DNA of 64,000 nt, from positions 739-64,738 of the forward strand of contig JACRCN010000044.1 of NCBI GenBank assembly GCA_016219005.1, written 5' to 3'. The stretch is from Deltaproteobacteria bacterium. Its GTDB lineage: Bacteria > Desulfobacterota > Desulfobacteria > Desulfobacterales > SpSt-501. A program made the position numbers and the translations under genes. Positions 20,128 through 29,638 of this stretch are shown in pieces. The notes under the pieces were generated by a model, which saw nothing but the letters and a program-made list of their open reading frames with translations, made no database searches and was not told the DNA's origin. The number at the start of each line of letters is the position of its first letter. Position 1 is the stretch's first letter.

Positions 20128-20895
20128 TCAGTCGTCGTCCAGCAGTTGTTCCTTCCGCAGCTTTTTCCGCAGTCGCATGATGGCTTGGGAGTGAATCTGG
20201 GACACCCGCGATTCCGTAATGTGCATTACTTCGCCGGTTTCCTTCATGTTCAGCTCGTCGAGATAATACAGCGACATCACCAGCCGCTCCTTCTCGGGCA
20301 GCTGCTCGATGGCCCGCGCCAAGCCGGATCTGAGCTCCCGCAGGCGCGTCTGGGACAGCGCATCCTCCTCGTTGTGGATCAGGAAGTTCATCAACTTTTC
20401 CTTCTCATCCCGAGAGGATAGACCGAGTTCCTCGAAACTGATGAAGGAGATGCTGGACATCTGTCGGGTGCGGTGCAGGTCTTCGAGGTCGATGCCGAGT
20501 TCCGCGGCCACCTCGACGTCTTCCACCTCCCGGCCCAGCCGCTGCTCCATCTTCTGGCAGGTCTGCTCGAGCTCGCGCAGCTTGCGCCGACTCGAACGGG
20601 ACAGGAAATCCCGCGAGCGCAACTCGCTCAGCACGGCCCCCTTGATGCGAAAAATCGCATAGGTCATGAATTTGTTGTCACGCTTCGGGTCGAAGCGGTC
20701 GACGGCCTGGATCAAGCCCATGACCCCCACGTTCATCAGATCTTCCACGTCGACGCTCGCCGGCAGGTGGTTCGCGATGCGCTGGACGATGCGCTTCACA
20801 TAGGGCAAATATTCATGGATCAACTTCTCGCTGGTCGCGGGTCGCTTCTTGGCCGGAGGCCGTGGTCGTGCAGTTGCCAGTTGCATGCGCATCAT
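20128..20895 (-). CDS. fliA: Flagellar sigma factor sigma-28
   Basis: Region 2 shows DLMNVGVMGLIQAVDRFDP..FMTYAIFRIKGAVL. Region 4 shows LPEKERLVMSLYYLDELNMKETGEVMHITESRVSQIHSQAIMRLR. Confidence 0.95.
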   Translation of the reverse strand: MMRMQLATARPRPPAKKRPATSEKLIHEYLPYVKRIVQRIANHLPASVDVEDLMNVGVMGLIQAVDRFDPKRDNKFMTYAIFRIKGAVLSELRSRDFLSRSSRRKLRELEQTCQKMEQRLGREVEDVEVAAELGIDLEDLHRTRQMSSISFISFEELGLSSRDEKEKLMNFLIHNEEDALSQTRLRELRSGLARAIEQLPEKERLVMSLYYLDELNMKETGEVMHITESRVSQIHSQAIMRLRKKLRKEQLLDDD

Positions 20896-20922
20896 GTTCT
20901 CCCGGTGACGGTGGTCCCCCGC

Positions 20923-21852
20923 CTACATGGGGGTGGTACGAACCAGATGGTGCCAGAAAAAGTTGGTGTTGCCCTTCGGCCGGCTGGAGGGCTTTGTCAT
21001 GGCCATCCGCCGGGCCAGGTCCATGAAGCAGCGGCTGGCCTTGGAATCGGGGTAGAGATCGCTCACCAGCCGCTGGCGTTTGACCCCGCGGGTGACCTTG
21101 TCGTCGTAGAGGACGCTGCCGAGGTAATCGATGTGGATGTCCAGAAAACGGTCGGTGACCAGGACGAGCTGCCGGAAGACGTCCTCGCCCTCCCGGGCAC
21201 TGGCCACCATGTTGACCAGCAGTTTGCAGCTTTTCTCCGCGTATTTCAGGGACAGCACTTTCATGAGGGCATAGGCGTCCGTGATCGATGTGGGCTCAGG
21301 CGAAACTACGACGACGATCTCGTGGGCCATCACGTTGAAATCCATGACGTTGGTGGAAATGCCGGCCGCCGTGTCGATCAGCAGGATGTCCACGTCGTCG
21401 ATGAGCCGGTCGAGGTCGGTGAGGAACTGCACCTTCTGGTCATTGGTCAGATGGGTGAGCTCCTGGATGCCGGAGGACGCCGGCAGGATGCGCATCTTCC
21501 CCGGTCCCTTCTCCAGGATATCGGCGATGGACTTCTCCCCGCGAATGACGTGCGAAATGTTGAATTTCGGCGCGATCCCCAGCAGCACGTCCATGTTTCC
21601 CAGGCCGAGATCGGCATCCAAAACGAGCACCTTCTTCCCGAGATTGCTGAAGGCGAACCCCAGGTTGGCGACGATGTTGGTCTTGCCGACACCCCCCTTG
21701 CCGCTGGTGATGGCGATCACCCGCGCGTGGGTTTTACGCTGGCGCGAGGTTTCGCCCGCATCTCCCAGCCCGTCGCGGCGCGGCAGAGGAATCACTTTTT
21801 TCGAGGGGTCTTTCACGATCATGATGCCAGAGTCTCCTCGCTGGGGATCCAT
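20923..21852 (-). CDS. flhG: MinD/ParA-family flagellar number regulator
   Basis: Deviant Walker A is IAITSGKGGVGKT, followed by VLVLDADLGLGN. It follows flhF. The ATG shares one nt with the flhF TGA (TGATG). Confidence 0.9.
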   Translation of the reverse strand: MDPQRGDSGIMIVKDPSKKVIPLPRRDGLGDAGETSRQRKTHARVIAITSGKGGVGKTNIVANLGFAFSNLGKKVLVLDADLGLGNMDVLLGIAPKFNISHVIRGEKSIADILEKGPGKMRILPASSGIQELTHLTNDQKVQFLTDLDRLIDDVDILLIDTAAGISTNVMDFNVMAHEIVVVVSPEPTSITDAYALMKVLSLKYAEKSCKLLVNMVASAREGEDVFRQLVLVTDRFLDIHIDYLGSVLYDDKVTRGVKRQRLVSDLYPDSKASRCFMDLARRMAMTKPSSRPKGNTNFFWHHLVRTTPM

Positions 21853-23264
21853 CACCGGTAGCCGGAAATGCGGGCGCGATCCCGCACGACCGCGCCGTTG
21901 TCGACTTGGTCCGGTTGATCCGGGCCGCAATTCCGACAGGGCAGGAACCGCCGGGACTCGGCCTCTGCCACCGTTGCGAACGATATGAGATTATCGGACT
22001 TGATCTTCCGGACCCACTTGCAGCCGGGCAGGTGGTAGAGCTCGGAATTACGGTTGGCGACAAAGCGCGCGGAGTTCGTGCGGCCGGACAGGGTAGTGCC
22101 GTGCCGTTCGTCGCCCGGGCGCTCGTTGCGGACGGAGTCGGCCGCGGCTATCGGCAACATGCGGTCGAGCAACAGCTCCAGGGGCTCCGCGACGAGGTCT
22201 TCCGGAACCCGCGGGCCGGTGCTCACCCACGACACCGGCAGCTGCGTCTGGACCATGAGGTTGAGGACTACGCCCCAGGTGCCGGCTTCATCGAGCCGGG
22301 TGAAAACCAGGCGGTGGATCGCCACCCCCTTCCACGCATCGACGACTCGCCGCAGGTCCTTCTCCCGGCTGGCCGCGCTGAGCACCAGGTGGATCTCCCG
22401 GGAAGGCAGCATGTCCAGGATCGGCCGCAGCGCGCTGCGCCGGTCCGCCTCGCCCGGGCTGATGCCCGGGGTGTCCACTATCAGGGTGTCGGCATCGCCG
22501 AGATCCGCCAGAGCCCGGCGGGCCTCCTCCGGGGATGTGGCCACCGCCAGGGGAACTCCGAGAATGGCGGCATAGGTGCGGAGTTGCTCGATGGCGCCGA
22601 TGCGCACATCGTCCAGCGTCAGGAGGGCCGGCGTGCGCTGCTGCCGCAGCCGCAAGTCGGCCGCGAGCTTGATCGCGGTGGTCGTCTTGCCCACGCCGGC
22701 GGGACCCACCAGCACGATCGCCCGCGGACGAGGAACAGCGTCGGCCCGCCGCAGTCCCATGTCCTGAAGGATACCGGCCAGCAGCGCCCGGAGGCGCTCG
22801 GTCCCGTACCGCTGGTCATAGCCGGGCAGCCGTTTGAGGTGATCGACCAGGTCGGTAGCGAGCTCGCGCTCGAGGTCCTGCGCCAGCAGGTGCTGATAAA
22901 GCTCCGCCAGCTCCGGCGCCGCGCCGGCCTCGGAGGCGGGTGCCTCGACGGGCCGGCGCCGGACAGCGAGCGATCGCAGGCTTTGATTCAAGGATTGGAA
23001 GAGGCCGCGCCGGCCGTGGGCGGTCTGCGGCGCGAGCCTTTCAGGGGCCGGGACCGGCGCGTAGCTGCCGGTGGCAGTGTAGGCCACCGAGTCGCTGTCT
23101 TTCGCAGCGGTGACCTCCACCCCCGACATCGGTCCGGCGCTAAATATCCCACGCCCGCTCCGGAGGCTGCGGGCGGTCAGGATCACGGCATTCGGACCGA
23201 ACTCGTCCTTAACCATCTTCAGAGCCGCCGTCATGGTCTTGGCTTCAAACCGTTTAATCTGCAT
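21852..23264 (-). CDS. flhF: SRP-type GTPase FlhF with an extra C-terminal Ada-like zinc-ribbon tail
   Basis: MQIKRFEAKTMTAALKMVKDEFGPNAVIL, then GPAGVGKTTT, DTPG and LVFTRLDE. The tail reads SELYHLPGCKWVRKIKSDNLISFATVAEAESRRFLPCRNCGP. Confidence 0.9.
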   Translation of the reverse strand: MQIKRFEAKTMTAALKMVKDEFGPNAVILTARSLRSGRGIFSAGPMSGVEVTAAKDSDSVAYTATGSYAPVPAPERLAPQTAHGRRGLFQSLNQSLRSLAVRRRPVEAPASEAGAAPELAELYQHLLAQDLERELATDLVDHLKRLPGYDQRYGTERLRALLAGILQDMGLRRADAVPRPRAIVLVGPAGVGKTTTAIKLAADLRLRQQRTPALLTLDDVRIGAIEQLRTYAAILGVPLAVATSPEEARRALADLGDADTLIVDTPGISPGEADRRSALRPILDMLPSREIHLVLSAASREKDLRRVVDAWKGVAIHRLVFTRLDEAGTWGVVLNLMVQTQLPVSWVSTGPRVPEDLVAEPLELLLDRMLPIAAADSVRNERPGDERHGTTLSGRTNSARFVANRNSELYHLPGCKWVRKIKSDNLISFATVAEAESRRFLPCRNCGPDQPDQVDNGAVVRDRARISGYR

Positions 23265-25356
23265 CGGAGAGCTCCACGCTTCCCATCGATCGAATCTCGA
23301 CGTTGCTCAGGATTTCTTCATAGGACAGCACGCAGACGTTCGGGATAAACCGGTCCGTCAGCTTTTTAAACGCCGGCCGTACGGCCGAGGAGCAGATCAC
23401 CACCGCCTGCACGTTCATGGCTGTGGCGCGCTCCATCTGCCGCGCCAGGCTCTGTATCATGCGGTTGGCGAGCCCGGGGTCCAGAGCCAGGATGCGGCCG
23501 TGCTCGCCCTTTTGAAGCGCTTCGGCCAGGGCGGCCTCCACGCTGTGGCCCAGGGTGATCACCGGCAGGGTGGCATCCGGGGCCTGATGCATCTTGGTCA
23601 GCGTTCGCGCCAGACTGTGGCGCACCTGCTCGGTTAGCACGTCCGCGTCTTTGGTGTGCGGGGCCCAATCCCCCAGCGTCTCCAAAATGGCCAGCAGGTC
23701 ACGGATCGGGACCTGTTCGCGCAGCAGGTTGTGGAGCACCTTCACCACCAGGCCGAGCGATATCAGGTTCGGCACGAGTTCGTCCACCACCTTGGGGTGA
23801 CTTTGCTTCAGATAGTCCAGCATCAATTGGACTTCCTGGCGTCCCAGCAGCTCGCTCGCGTGCCGCCGGATGACCTCCGACAAGTGGGTGGTCATGATCG
23901 TAGCGGTGTCCACGACGGTGTACCCCTTGGCCAGTGCGTTTTCCTTGGCGCCTTCCTTGATCCAGGTCGCCGGCAGGCCGTAAGTCGGCTCCCGGGTGGA
24001 CACGCCGTCCAGCTTACCTTCGGCAGCACCCGGGTTCATGGCAAGGTAGTGACCCGGCATCAGCTCCCCGCGCGCGATCTCGTTGCCTTTCAGCAGGATG
24101 GTGTATTCGCCCGGGTTGAGCTGCATGTTGTCCTGGATGTGCACCGGCGGGATGATGATCCCGATTTCATGTGCCATCTGCCGCCGGATGGTCTTGATGC
24201 GATCGAGCAGCTCGCCGTTCTGCTCCGCGTCCACCAGGGGAATCAGGCCGTATCCGACCTCGATTGCCAGGATGTCGAGCGGCGGTAGCGAGGTGATGTG
24301 CTCGCGGGGCCCGGCCTTGTCCTCCTGAACCTTCTGCTCCTGCGCGCTCTGCACTTGCACCCGCTTGGCCTGGACGAGCACATAGGCCAGCCCGCCGGCC
24401 AACAGCGACAGCGTCATGAACGGCAGGCCGGGCAACCCCGGCATCAGGGCAAAGCCCAGGAGCACCACGGCGACCATCGCGATGGCCCGCGGATGGAAGA
24501 AGATCTGCGAGGAGATCTCGGCGCCCATGCTGGACTCGCTGCCGGCCCGGCTGACGATGAGGCCGGTTGCCGTGGACACGATCAGCGCGGGAATCTGGGC
24601 GACCAGGCCGTCGCCCACGGTGAGCAGGGTGTAGGTCTTGGCCGCACTGATAAACGGCATGTTCTGCTGAAACACTCCGATGGCCAGCCCGCCCAGGATG
24701 TTGATCAACGCAATGATGATGCCGGCCACCGCGTCGCCGCGCACGAACTTGTTGGCGCCGTCCATGGCCCCGTAGTACTCGGCCTCCCGGGACAGCGCCT
24801 CACGACGACTTCGCGCCTGCTGCTCGTTGATGAACCCGGCGTTCAGATCGGCGTCGATGCTCATCTGCTTTCCCGGCATGGCATCCAGCGTGAAGCGTGC
24901 GGCGACCTCTGCGATGCGGCCGGCACCCTTGGTGATAACCGAAAAGTTGATCACCACCAGGATCAGAAAGACGATCAGGCCGACCAGGTAATTGCCGCCA
25001 ACCACAAACCCGCCGAAGGCCTTGATGACCGTGCCCGCCGCCCCGGCGCCCTCGTTGCCGTGCAACAGGATGACCCGCGTCGTGGCGATGTTCAGCGACA
25101 GCCGGAAGAGTGTCGTGAGCAGCAGGATGGAAGGAAACGACGACAGCTCCAGAGGACGCTCGAGGTACATGGCGACCATCAGGATAACGAGCGAGAGGGT
25201 GATGTTGAAGACCAGAAGCAGGTCGAGCAGGATCGTGGGTAGCGGTATGACCATGAAGACCAGGATGCACACCACGACCCCGGCGAGGGCCACGTCGCTG
25301 TTCTTGGTCAAGAACGGAATCGGTCCGGCAATCGGCGCGCTCTGGGCGGTCACCAT
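23254..25356 (-). CDS. flhA: Flagellar type III export gate protein
   Basis: RPLELSSFPSILLLTTLFRLSLNIATTRVIL...GAGRIAEVAARFTLDAMPGKQMSIDADL...ANKFVRGDAVAG. ATG 25356 (AGGA upstream) is preferred over GTG 25365. Confidence 0.97.
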   Translation of the reverse strand: MVTAQSAPIAGPIPFLTKNSDVALAGVVVCILVFMVIPLPTILLDLLLVFNITLSLVILMVAMYLERPLELSSFPSILLLTTLFRLSLNIATTRVILLHGNEGAGAAGTVIKAFGGFVVGGNYLVGLIVFLILVVINFSVITKGAGRIAEVAARFTLDAMPGKQMSIDADLNAGFINEQQARSRREALSREAEYYGAMDGANKFVRGDAVAGIIIALINILGGLAIGVFQQNMPFISAAKTYTLLTVGDGLVAQIPALIVSTATGLIVSRAGSESSMGAEISSQIFFHPRAIAMVAVVLLGFALMPGLPGLPFMTLSLLAGGLAYVLVQAKRVQVQSAQEQKVQEDKAGPREHITSLPPLDILAIEVGYGLIPLVDAEQNGELLDRIKTIRRQMAHEIGIIIPPVHIQDNMQLNPGEYTILLKGNEIARGELMPGHYLAMNPGAAEGKLDGVSTREPTYGLPATWIKEGAKENALAKGYTVVDTATIMTTHLSEVIRRHASELLGRQEVQLMLDYLKQSHPKVVDELVPNLISLGLVVKVLHNLLREQVPIRDLLAILETLGDWAPHTKDADVLTEQVRHSLARTLTKMHQAPDATLPVITLGHSVEAALAEALQKGEHGRILALDPGLANRMIQSLARQMERATAMNVQAVVICSSAVRPAFKKLTDRFIPNVCVLSYEEILSNVEIRSMGSVELSDAD

Positions 25357-25414
25357 GCTGCTCACATCCTGGGAATCGATCGTGACGAGTCACCTTAAAA
25401 CCAGACCCTGACTC

Positions 25415-25430
25415 TGCATTTTCCATGCCG
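25415..25430 (-). promoter_or_regulatory. Sigma-54 promoter-like site upstream of flhA
   Basis: The minus strand reads CGGCAT-GGAAA-ATGCA with correct GG-N10-GC spacing. It lies ~60 nt upstream of flhA. Confidence 0.4.
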
Positions 25431-25886
25431 ATAGAGGGCTGGAATTCAGAATGCCTCGAATCTGCGGGCTTTTTCGCACATCGACCGTGTGGGCATGTAG
25501 ATACAAAGACGGTCCTGTGACGGCCTGCTGCGCGGGCATTGAGTACCGGTGGTGCCAGATTCCGGCCGGCGGCACATCTGGGGGCCTGCTGCGGGAACGC
25601 AACGCCACGCCGGTATGCGATCTTCGCGCCCGTTGGTCCGGCCGGGGAGGTCCGACAATATTTTGTCGGCGCCGAACGCCGGTGGGATGACGTGGTGAAG
25701 AAAATGGGGTCAGGGGTCATGGAATCCAGGGGCCAAGTGGAAGAACGCGGGAAGACCGTTTGAGACGCATCCGGGTTTTCGGGCGATTGCCCGATAGTCG
25801 CATTTCCAGAAAACATGGCGGGCACTAGACTTAAAATCTCTTCCTGGCATTTTTACGCGTGAACCCTTGAACCTTTGGCCCCTTGG

Positions 25887-26960
25887 CTACATACGGACCT
25901 TGCCTTTGAGGCGGTAGACGTATGCCAGCACTTCGGCCACGGCACGGTACAGGTCGACCGGGATGTAGTCCCCCAAGTCCGTCATCTTGAAAAGGGTCTG
26001 CGCCAGGGGCTTGTTCTCGACGATCGGCACGTTATGCTCGCGGGCCGTCTCGCGGATGCGCTCGGCAATGTAGTCCGCCCCTTTCGCCACCACACGCGGG
26101 GCCGGCATCTCGTCCGACGCGAACCGCAGGGCGATGGCCAGGTGGGTCGGGTTGGTGATAACCACGTCGGCCTTCGGGACCTCTGCCATCATGCGGTGGT
26201 AGGCTGTCTGCCGCTGAAGGCTGCGGATGCGGGATTTGACCTGGGGATCGCCCTCGGTCTGCTTGTGCTCGTCCTTGACCTCCTGCTTGGTCATCTTGAG
26301 GCTTTCCTCGTACTGCCAGCGCTGGTAGAGATAATCCAGGGCCGAGAGGACCAGCATGGCCAGGAAGACGTAGAAGATGATCTTGAACGCCACCTCGGCC
26401 GTGAAGCTCCACAACGCGCCGAGGTCCCAGCGCACGAGGGCCGGGAAATCCTTCAGGTATCCCGAAACGACCGAGTAGGCGATGCCGCCGACGAACAGGA
26501 TTTTTAAAATCGACTTGCCGAGTTCAACGAACCCGCGCAGAGAGAAGATCCGTTTGATCCCCGCGATCGGGTTCATGCTGGAAAACTTGAGACCCAGGGC
26601 CTCGCCGTGGATTTCGAAGCCGATCTGGCCGACGTTGCCGACCAGTCCGGCCACCAGGAACGCGACGAAGAACGGCAGCAGAATCACGATGACCGTCTGG
26701 AAGAGATCTGCGGCCAGGGAGCTGGCTGCGGTGATGGTGTCCAGGCGCATCACGTGAAGGTCTCGGTACATCCCGCTCACGAGCGCTGAGCACTGCTCGA
26801 ACACCTGGGGTCCTGCGAAATAGAACACCCCCAGCGCGGCGAGCAGGATGAGGGTCGCGGGAATCTCGCGGCTGTTCGCGACCTGCCCGCGCTTGCGCGC
26901 CTCCGACCGGCGCTTGCCGGTTCCCTTTTCAGTGCGTTCCTGTCCGGGACTCTCCGCCAT
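25887..26960 (-). CDS. flhB: Flagellar export switch protein
   Basis: ERTEKGTGKRRSEARKRGQVANSRE...TKQEVKDEHKQTEGDPQVKSRIR...VVITNPTHLAIAL (NPTH autocleavage site). Confidence 0.95.
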   Translation of the reverse strand: MAESPGQERTEKGTGKRRSEARKRGQVANSREIPATLILLAALGVFYFAGPQVFEQCSALVSGMYRDLHVMRLDTITAASSLAADLFQTVIVILLPFFVAFLVAGLVGNVGQIGFEIHGEALGLKFSSMNPIAGIKRIFSLRGFVELGKSILKILFVGGIAYSVVSGYLKDFPALVRWDLGALWSFTAEVAFKIIFYVFLAMLVLSALDYLYQRWQYEESLKMTKQEVKDEHKQTEGDPQVKSRIRSLQRQTAYHRMMAEVPKADVVITNPTHLAIALRFASDEMPAPRVVAKGADYIAERIRETAREHNVPIVENKPLAQTLFKMTDLGDYIPVDLYRAVAEVLAYVYRLKGKVRM

Positions 26961-26972
26961 GCGGTTTTTCTC

Positions 26973-27752
26973 CTACGGCACGGCCTTGAGCAGGCTGACG
27001 GCGTGGCGGGGCACTCCGCCCAAGAGATCGCCGATGTAGGCGCCCATGTGCGGAAGGCTCAGGCCCAGGAAAATCAGTCCCACGGCAATGTTCAACGGCA
27101 TGGACACCACGAAGATGTTCATTTGCGGCACGGCGCGGGCCACCAGGCCGAAGGCCACGGTTCCCAGCATCAGCGCCACGACCACCGGAGATCCGGCCTT
27201 CAGGCCGATGATGAACATCTCGGCGGTAAGTCGCACCAGGCCCTCCAGGACCGAACCGTTCACGTGAAAGCCGAGCGGTGGCACCAGCTCGTAGCTCTGC
27301 ACCAGGACGCGGATGAACGCGTGATGTCCATTGATGATCAGAAAGATCAGTGTCGCCATCAAACTGATGAACTGCGACAGCAGCGCCACCTGGTCCTCGG
27401 TGGCGGGGTCGAGCACCTCCGCGATGGAAATCCCCATCTGGTAGCCCATCAGCTGACCGGCGAGCTGCACCCCGTCAAACACCAAACGGATGGACATCCC
27501 GGCCAGCACCCCCAACAGGATCTCGCCGGCGGCTGCGACCGCCAGGCTGAAGGCATCCGCCAGAAACGGCAGCGGCCCCGGGTTCAGCACGGGAAACACG
27601 AGCAGGCTGGCCACGAACGTCAGGCCGATCCGAAAGAAGACGGGCACACTGGGGCTGTTGACCAGGGGCAGCGCCATCAGGAAGGCCCCGGTCCGGAGGA
27701 AGACCAGGAAAAACATCTGCAGCTGCAGGAGCGAAACGCCGAGGGCCAGCAT
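26973..27752 (-). CDS. fliR: Flagellar export apparatus protein
   Basis: 259-aa polytopic membrane protein between fliQ and flhB. Motifs FLVFLRTGAFLMALP and GFLIGLKAG-like segments. Confidence 0.93.
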   Translation of the reverse strand: MLALGVSLLQLQMFFLVFLRTGAFLMALPLVNSPSVPVFFRIGLTFVASLLVFPVLNPGPLPFLADAFSLAVAAAGEILLGVLAGMSIRLVFDGVQLAGQLMGYQMGISIAEVLDPATEDQVALLSQFISLMATLIFLIINGHHAFIRVLVQSYELVPPLGFHVNGSVLEGLVRLTAEMFIIGLKAGSPVVVALMLGTVAFGLVARAVPQMNIFVVSMPLNIAVGLIFLGLSLPHMGAYIGDLLGGVPRHAVSLLKAVP

Positions 27753-27779
27753 GGGCTAATGTTCCTGTCGACGCGCGGG

Positions 27780-28049
27780 TCAGCGGATGAACTGGTTCAT
27801 GCCCATGAACATCTGCTCGGTGAAACCGACCAGAGTCTGCATCATCCAGGGAAAGAAAAAGACCAGGGCGGCGGCCACCGCCAGCATTTTGGGGATGAAG
27901 GTCAGGGTCATCTCGTTGATGGAGGTGGCCGCCTGGAAAATGCTGACCAGGAGCCCCACCAACAGCCCGGCCAGCAGCATCGGCGCCGACAGCAGGACGG
28001 TGACCTTGATGGCTTCGTACAAAAACCCGGTGATGTAGTCGCCCGTCAT
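27780..28049 (-). CDS. fliQ: Flagellar export apparatus protein
   Basis: 89 aa: LLSAPMLLAGLLVGLLVSIFQAATSINEMTLTFIPKMLAV. Confidence 0.95.
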   Translation of the reverse strand: MTGDYITGFLYEAIKVTVLLSAPMLLAGLLVGLLVSIFQAATSINEMTLTFIPKMLAVAAALVFFFPWMMQTLVGFTEQMFMGMNQFIR

Positions 28050-28088
28050 CGTCTGTTCCTTTCACCCGAAACGGTTTTGAAACCGCCT

Positions 28089-28940
28089 CTATCCAAAACT
28101 CTTGACCAGGGATCCCACCAGCAGATACCAGCCGTCGGCCACCACGAAGAGCAGCAGCTTGAACGGCAGCGACACCATGACCGGCGGCAGCATCATCATG
28201 CCCATGGAGAGCAGCACGGCTGCCACCACCATATCGATGATCAGGAAGGGAACGTAGAGCAGCAGCCCGATCTCGAAGGCCGTCTTGATCTCGCTGATAA
28301 TGAACGAGGGGATCAGCACGGTCGTGGGGATATCGTTTACATTCTCGGGCCGTTTCAGCTTGGCGATGTCCACGAAGAGCGCCAGGTCCTTTTCGCGGGT
28401 CTGCTTGAACATGAACTCGCGCAGGGGGCTTACGGCGCTCTCGAGGGCCTGCTGGTTGGAAATCCTTTTATCCAGGTAAGGCTGGAGGGCATCGGCGTTG
28501 ATCTTCTGCCACACCGGGGCCATGATGAAAATGGTCAGGAAGAGCGCCAGCCCGATCACGATCTGGTTGCTGGGGAGCGTGTTGGTGCCGAGCGCGCGCC
28601 GCAGCAGGGAGAGCACGATCACGATCCGGCTGAAGGAGGTCACCATGATCAGGATGGCCGGCGCCAGCGACAGCACCGTCATCATCAGAAAGATCTGCAG
28701 CAACACGGTGGACCGCGCCGGTTCCTCCCCGGGGGTGAGGCCGAGTGAAAAATAGGGCGTCGTCACCGCTGGCGCCGGCACCGGCGGCGCCGCCGCGCGT
28801 GCCAGCGGCACGAGCAGCATCAGCGCCAGGGCCAGGCCGGTCAGTGCAGCCGAAACCGCCCGGCCGCATGCCCGCCGCGGGCGCCTAGGCAGCCGACCCG
28901 GTCGGACATCGCCGCGACGGGTGTCGTCATTTGTCGTCAT
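28089..28940 (-). CDS. fliP: Flagellar export apparatus protein
   Basis: LLQIFLMMTVLSLAPAILIMVTSFSRIVIVLSLLRRALGT...FIISEIKTAFEIGLLLYVPFLIIDMVVAAVLLSMGMMMLPP. Confidence 0.95.
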   Translation of the reverse strand: MTTNDDTRRGDVRPGRLPRRPRRACGRAVSAALTGLALALMLLVPLARAAAPPVPAPAVTTPYFSLGLTPGEEPARSTVLLQIFLMMTVLSLAPAILIMVTSFSRIVIVLSLLRRALGTNTLPSNQIVIGLALFLTIFIMAPVWQKINADALQPYLDKRISNQQALESAVSPLREFMFKQTREKDLALFVDIAKLKRPENVNDIPTTVLIPSFIISEIKTAFEIGLLLYVPFLIIDMVVAAVLLSMGMMMLPPVMVSLPFKLLLFVVADGWYLLVGSLVKSFG

Positions 28941-29307
28941 GGACTGAGGCCTTCCTGCGCGTGGTAAGCCGGCTCAGGTGCTCCGCAAAGGACGGCACAA
29001 CCTGGGGCTCCCTGGAGCGGATCCGCTCCAGGATGGCGGGGTCGTCGATCCGGGTCAGCAGCTGCATGCGGTCCCCGGCCACTCCCAGAACCAGCACCGC
29101 ACCCGGCACCTCCACCAGCGTCACGGTTTTCTTGACGCCGATGTATTGCGAGGCCAGCACCCGGATCAGCCGGTCCCGCGAGGCCGGGCCCTGGCGCTGG
29201 AAGAACCGCCGGGCAAAATACACGACCACGAAGAGCCCGCCCAACACAGCCGCCAGCGCCCCGATCATGTTCAGAGCGGAGGGGATCAGTTCCGTCCCGG
29301 CATTCAT
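28927..29307 (-). CDS. fliO: Flagellar biosynthesis protein FliO
   Basis: 126 aa with a single TM (ALNMIGALAAVLGGLFVVVYFARRFF), then IRVLASQYIGVKKTVTLVEVPGAVLVLGV. ATGA overlap with the fliN stop. The longer track ORF is frame-shadow. Confidence 0.75.
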   Translation of the reverse strand: MNAGTELIPSALNMIGALAAVLGGLFVVVYFARRFFQRQGPASRDRLIRVLASQYIGVKKTVTLVEVPGAVLVLGVAGDRMQLLTRIDDPAILERIRSREPQVVPSFAEHLSRLTTRRKASVHDDK

Positions 29308-29636
29308 CGCAGCCTCTCGATGCGCTCCATGGGGCTCACCACCTCGGTCAGGCGCACCCCGTACTTCTCGTTGACCACCACCACCTCCCCGCGCGCGACC
29401 AGTTTCTGATTCGCCAGAATCTCCAGGGTCTGGCCGGCCAGCTTGGACAGCTCGATCACCGACCCCTGGCCGAGCTTCAACAGTTCGTTGATCAGAAGCT
29501 TGGTGCGCCCCAGTTCCACCGTCACCTCGATGGGCACGTCGAGGATGAACTCCATGTTGGCCGGCGTGGCGGCGGATGCCGTTTGACTCCGCTCGGTATG
29601 CCCTGCGTCCGGGCTGCGTTCGGCTGGTGTCGCCAT
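29304..29636 (-). CDS. fliN: Flagellar motor switch protein
   Basis: ILDVPIEVTVELGRTKLLINELLKLGQGSVIELSKLAGQTLEILANQKLVARGEVVVVNEKYGVRLTEVV. Confidence 0.95.
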   Translation of the reverse strand: MATPAERSPDAGHTERSQTASAATPANMEFILDVPIEVTVELGRTKLLINELLKLGQGSVIELSKLAGQTLEILANQKLVARGEVVVVNEKYGVRLTEVVSPMERIERLR

Positions 29637-29638
29637 AT

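Noticed and set aside
25783-25800. Plus-strand TTGCCCGATAG in the flhB-flhA gap resembles the sigma-28 -10 box.
   Set aside because: There is no TAAA-like -35 at the spacing used by the two better sites. No plus-strand gene lies downstream, so it would only drive antisense transcription into flhB.
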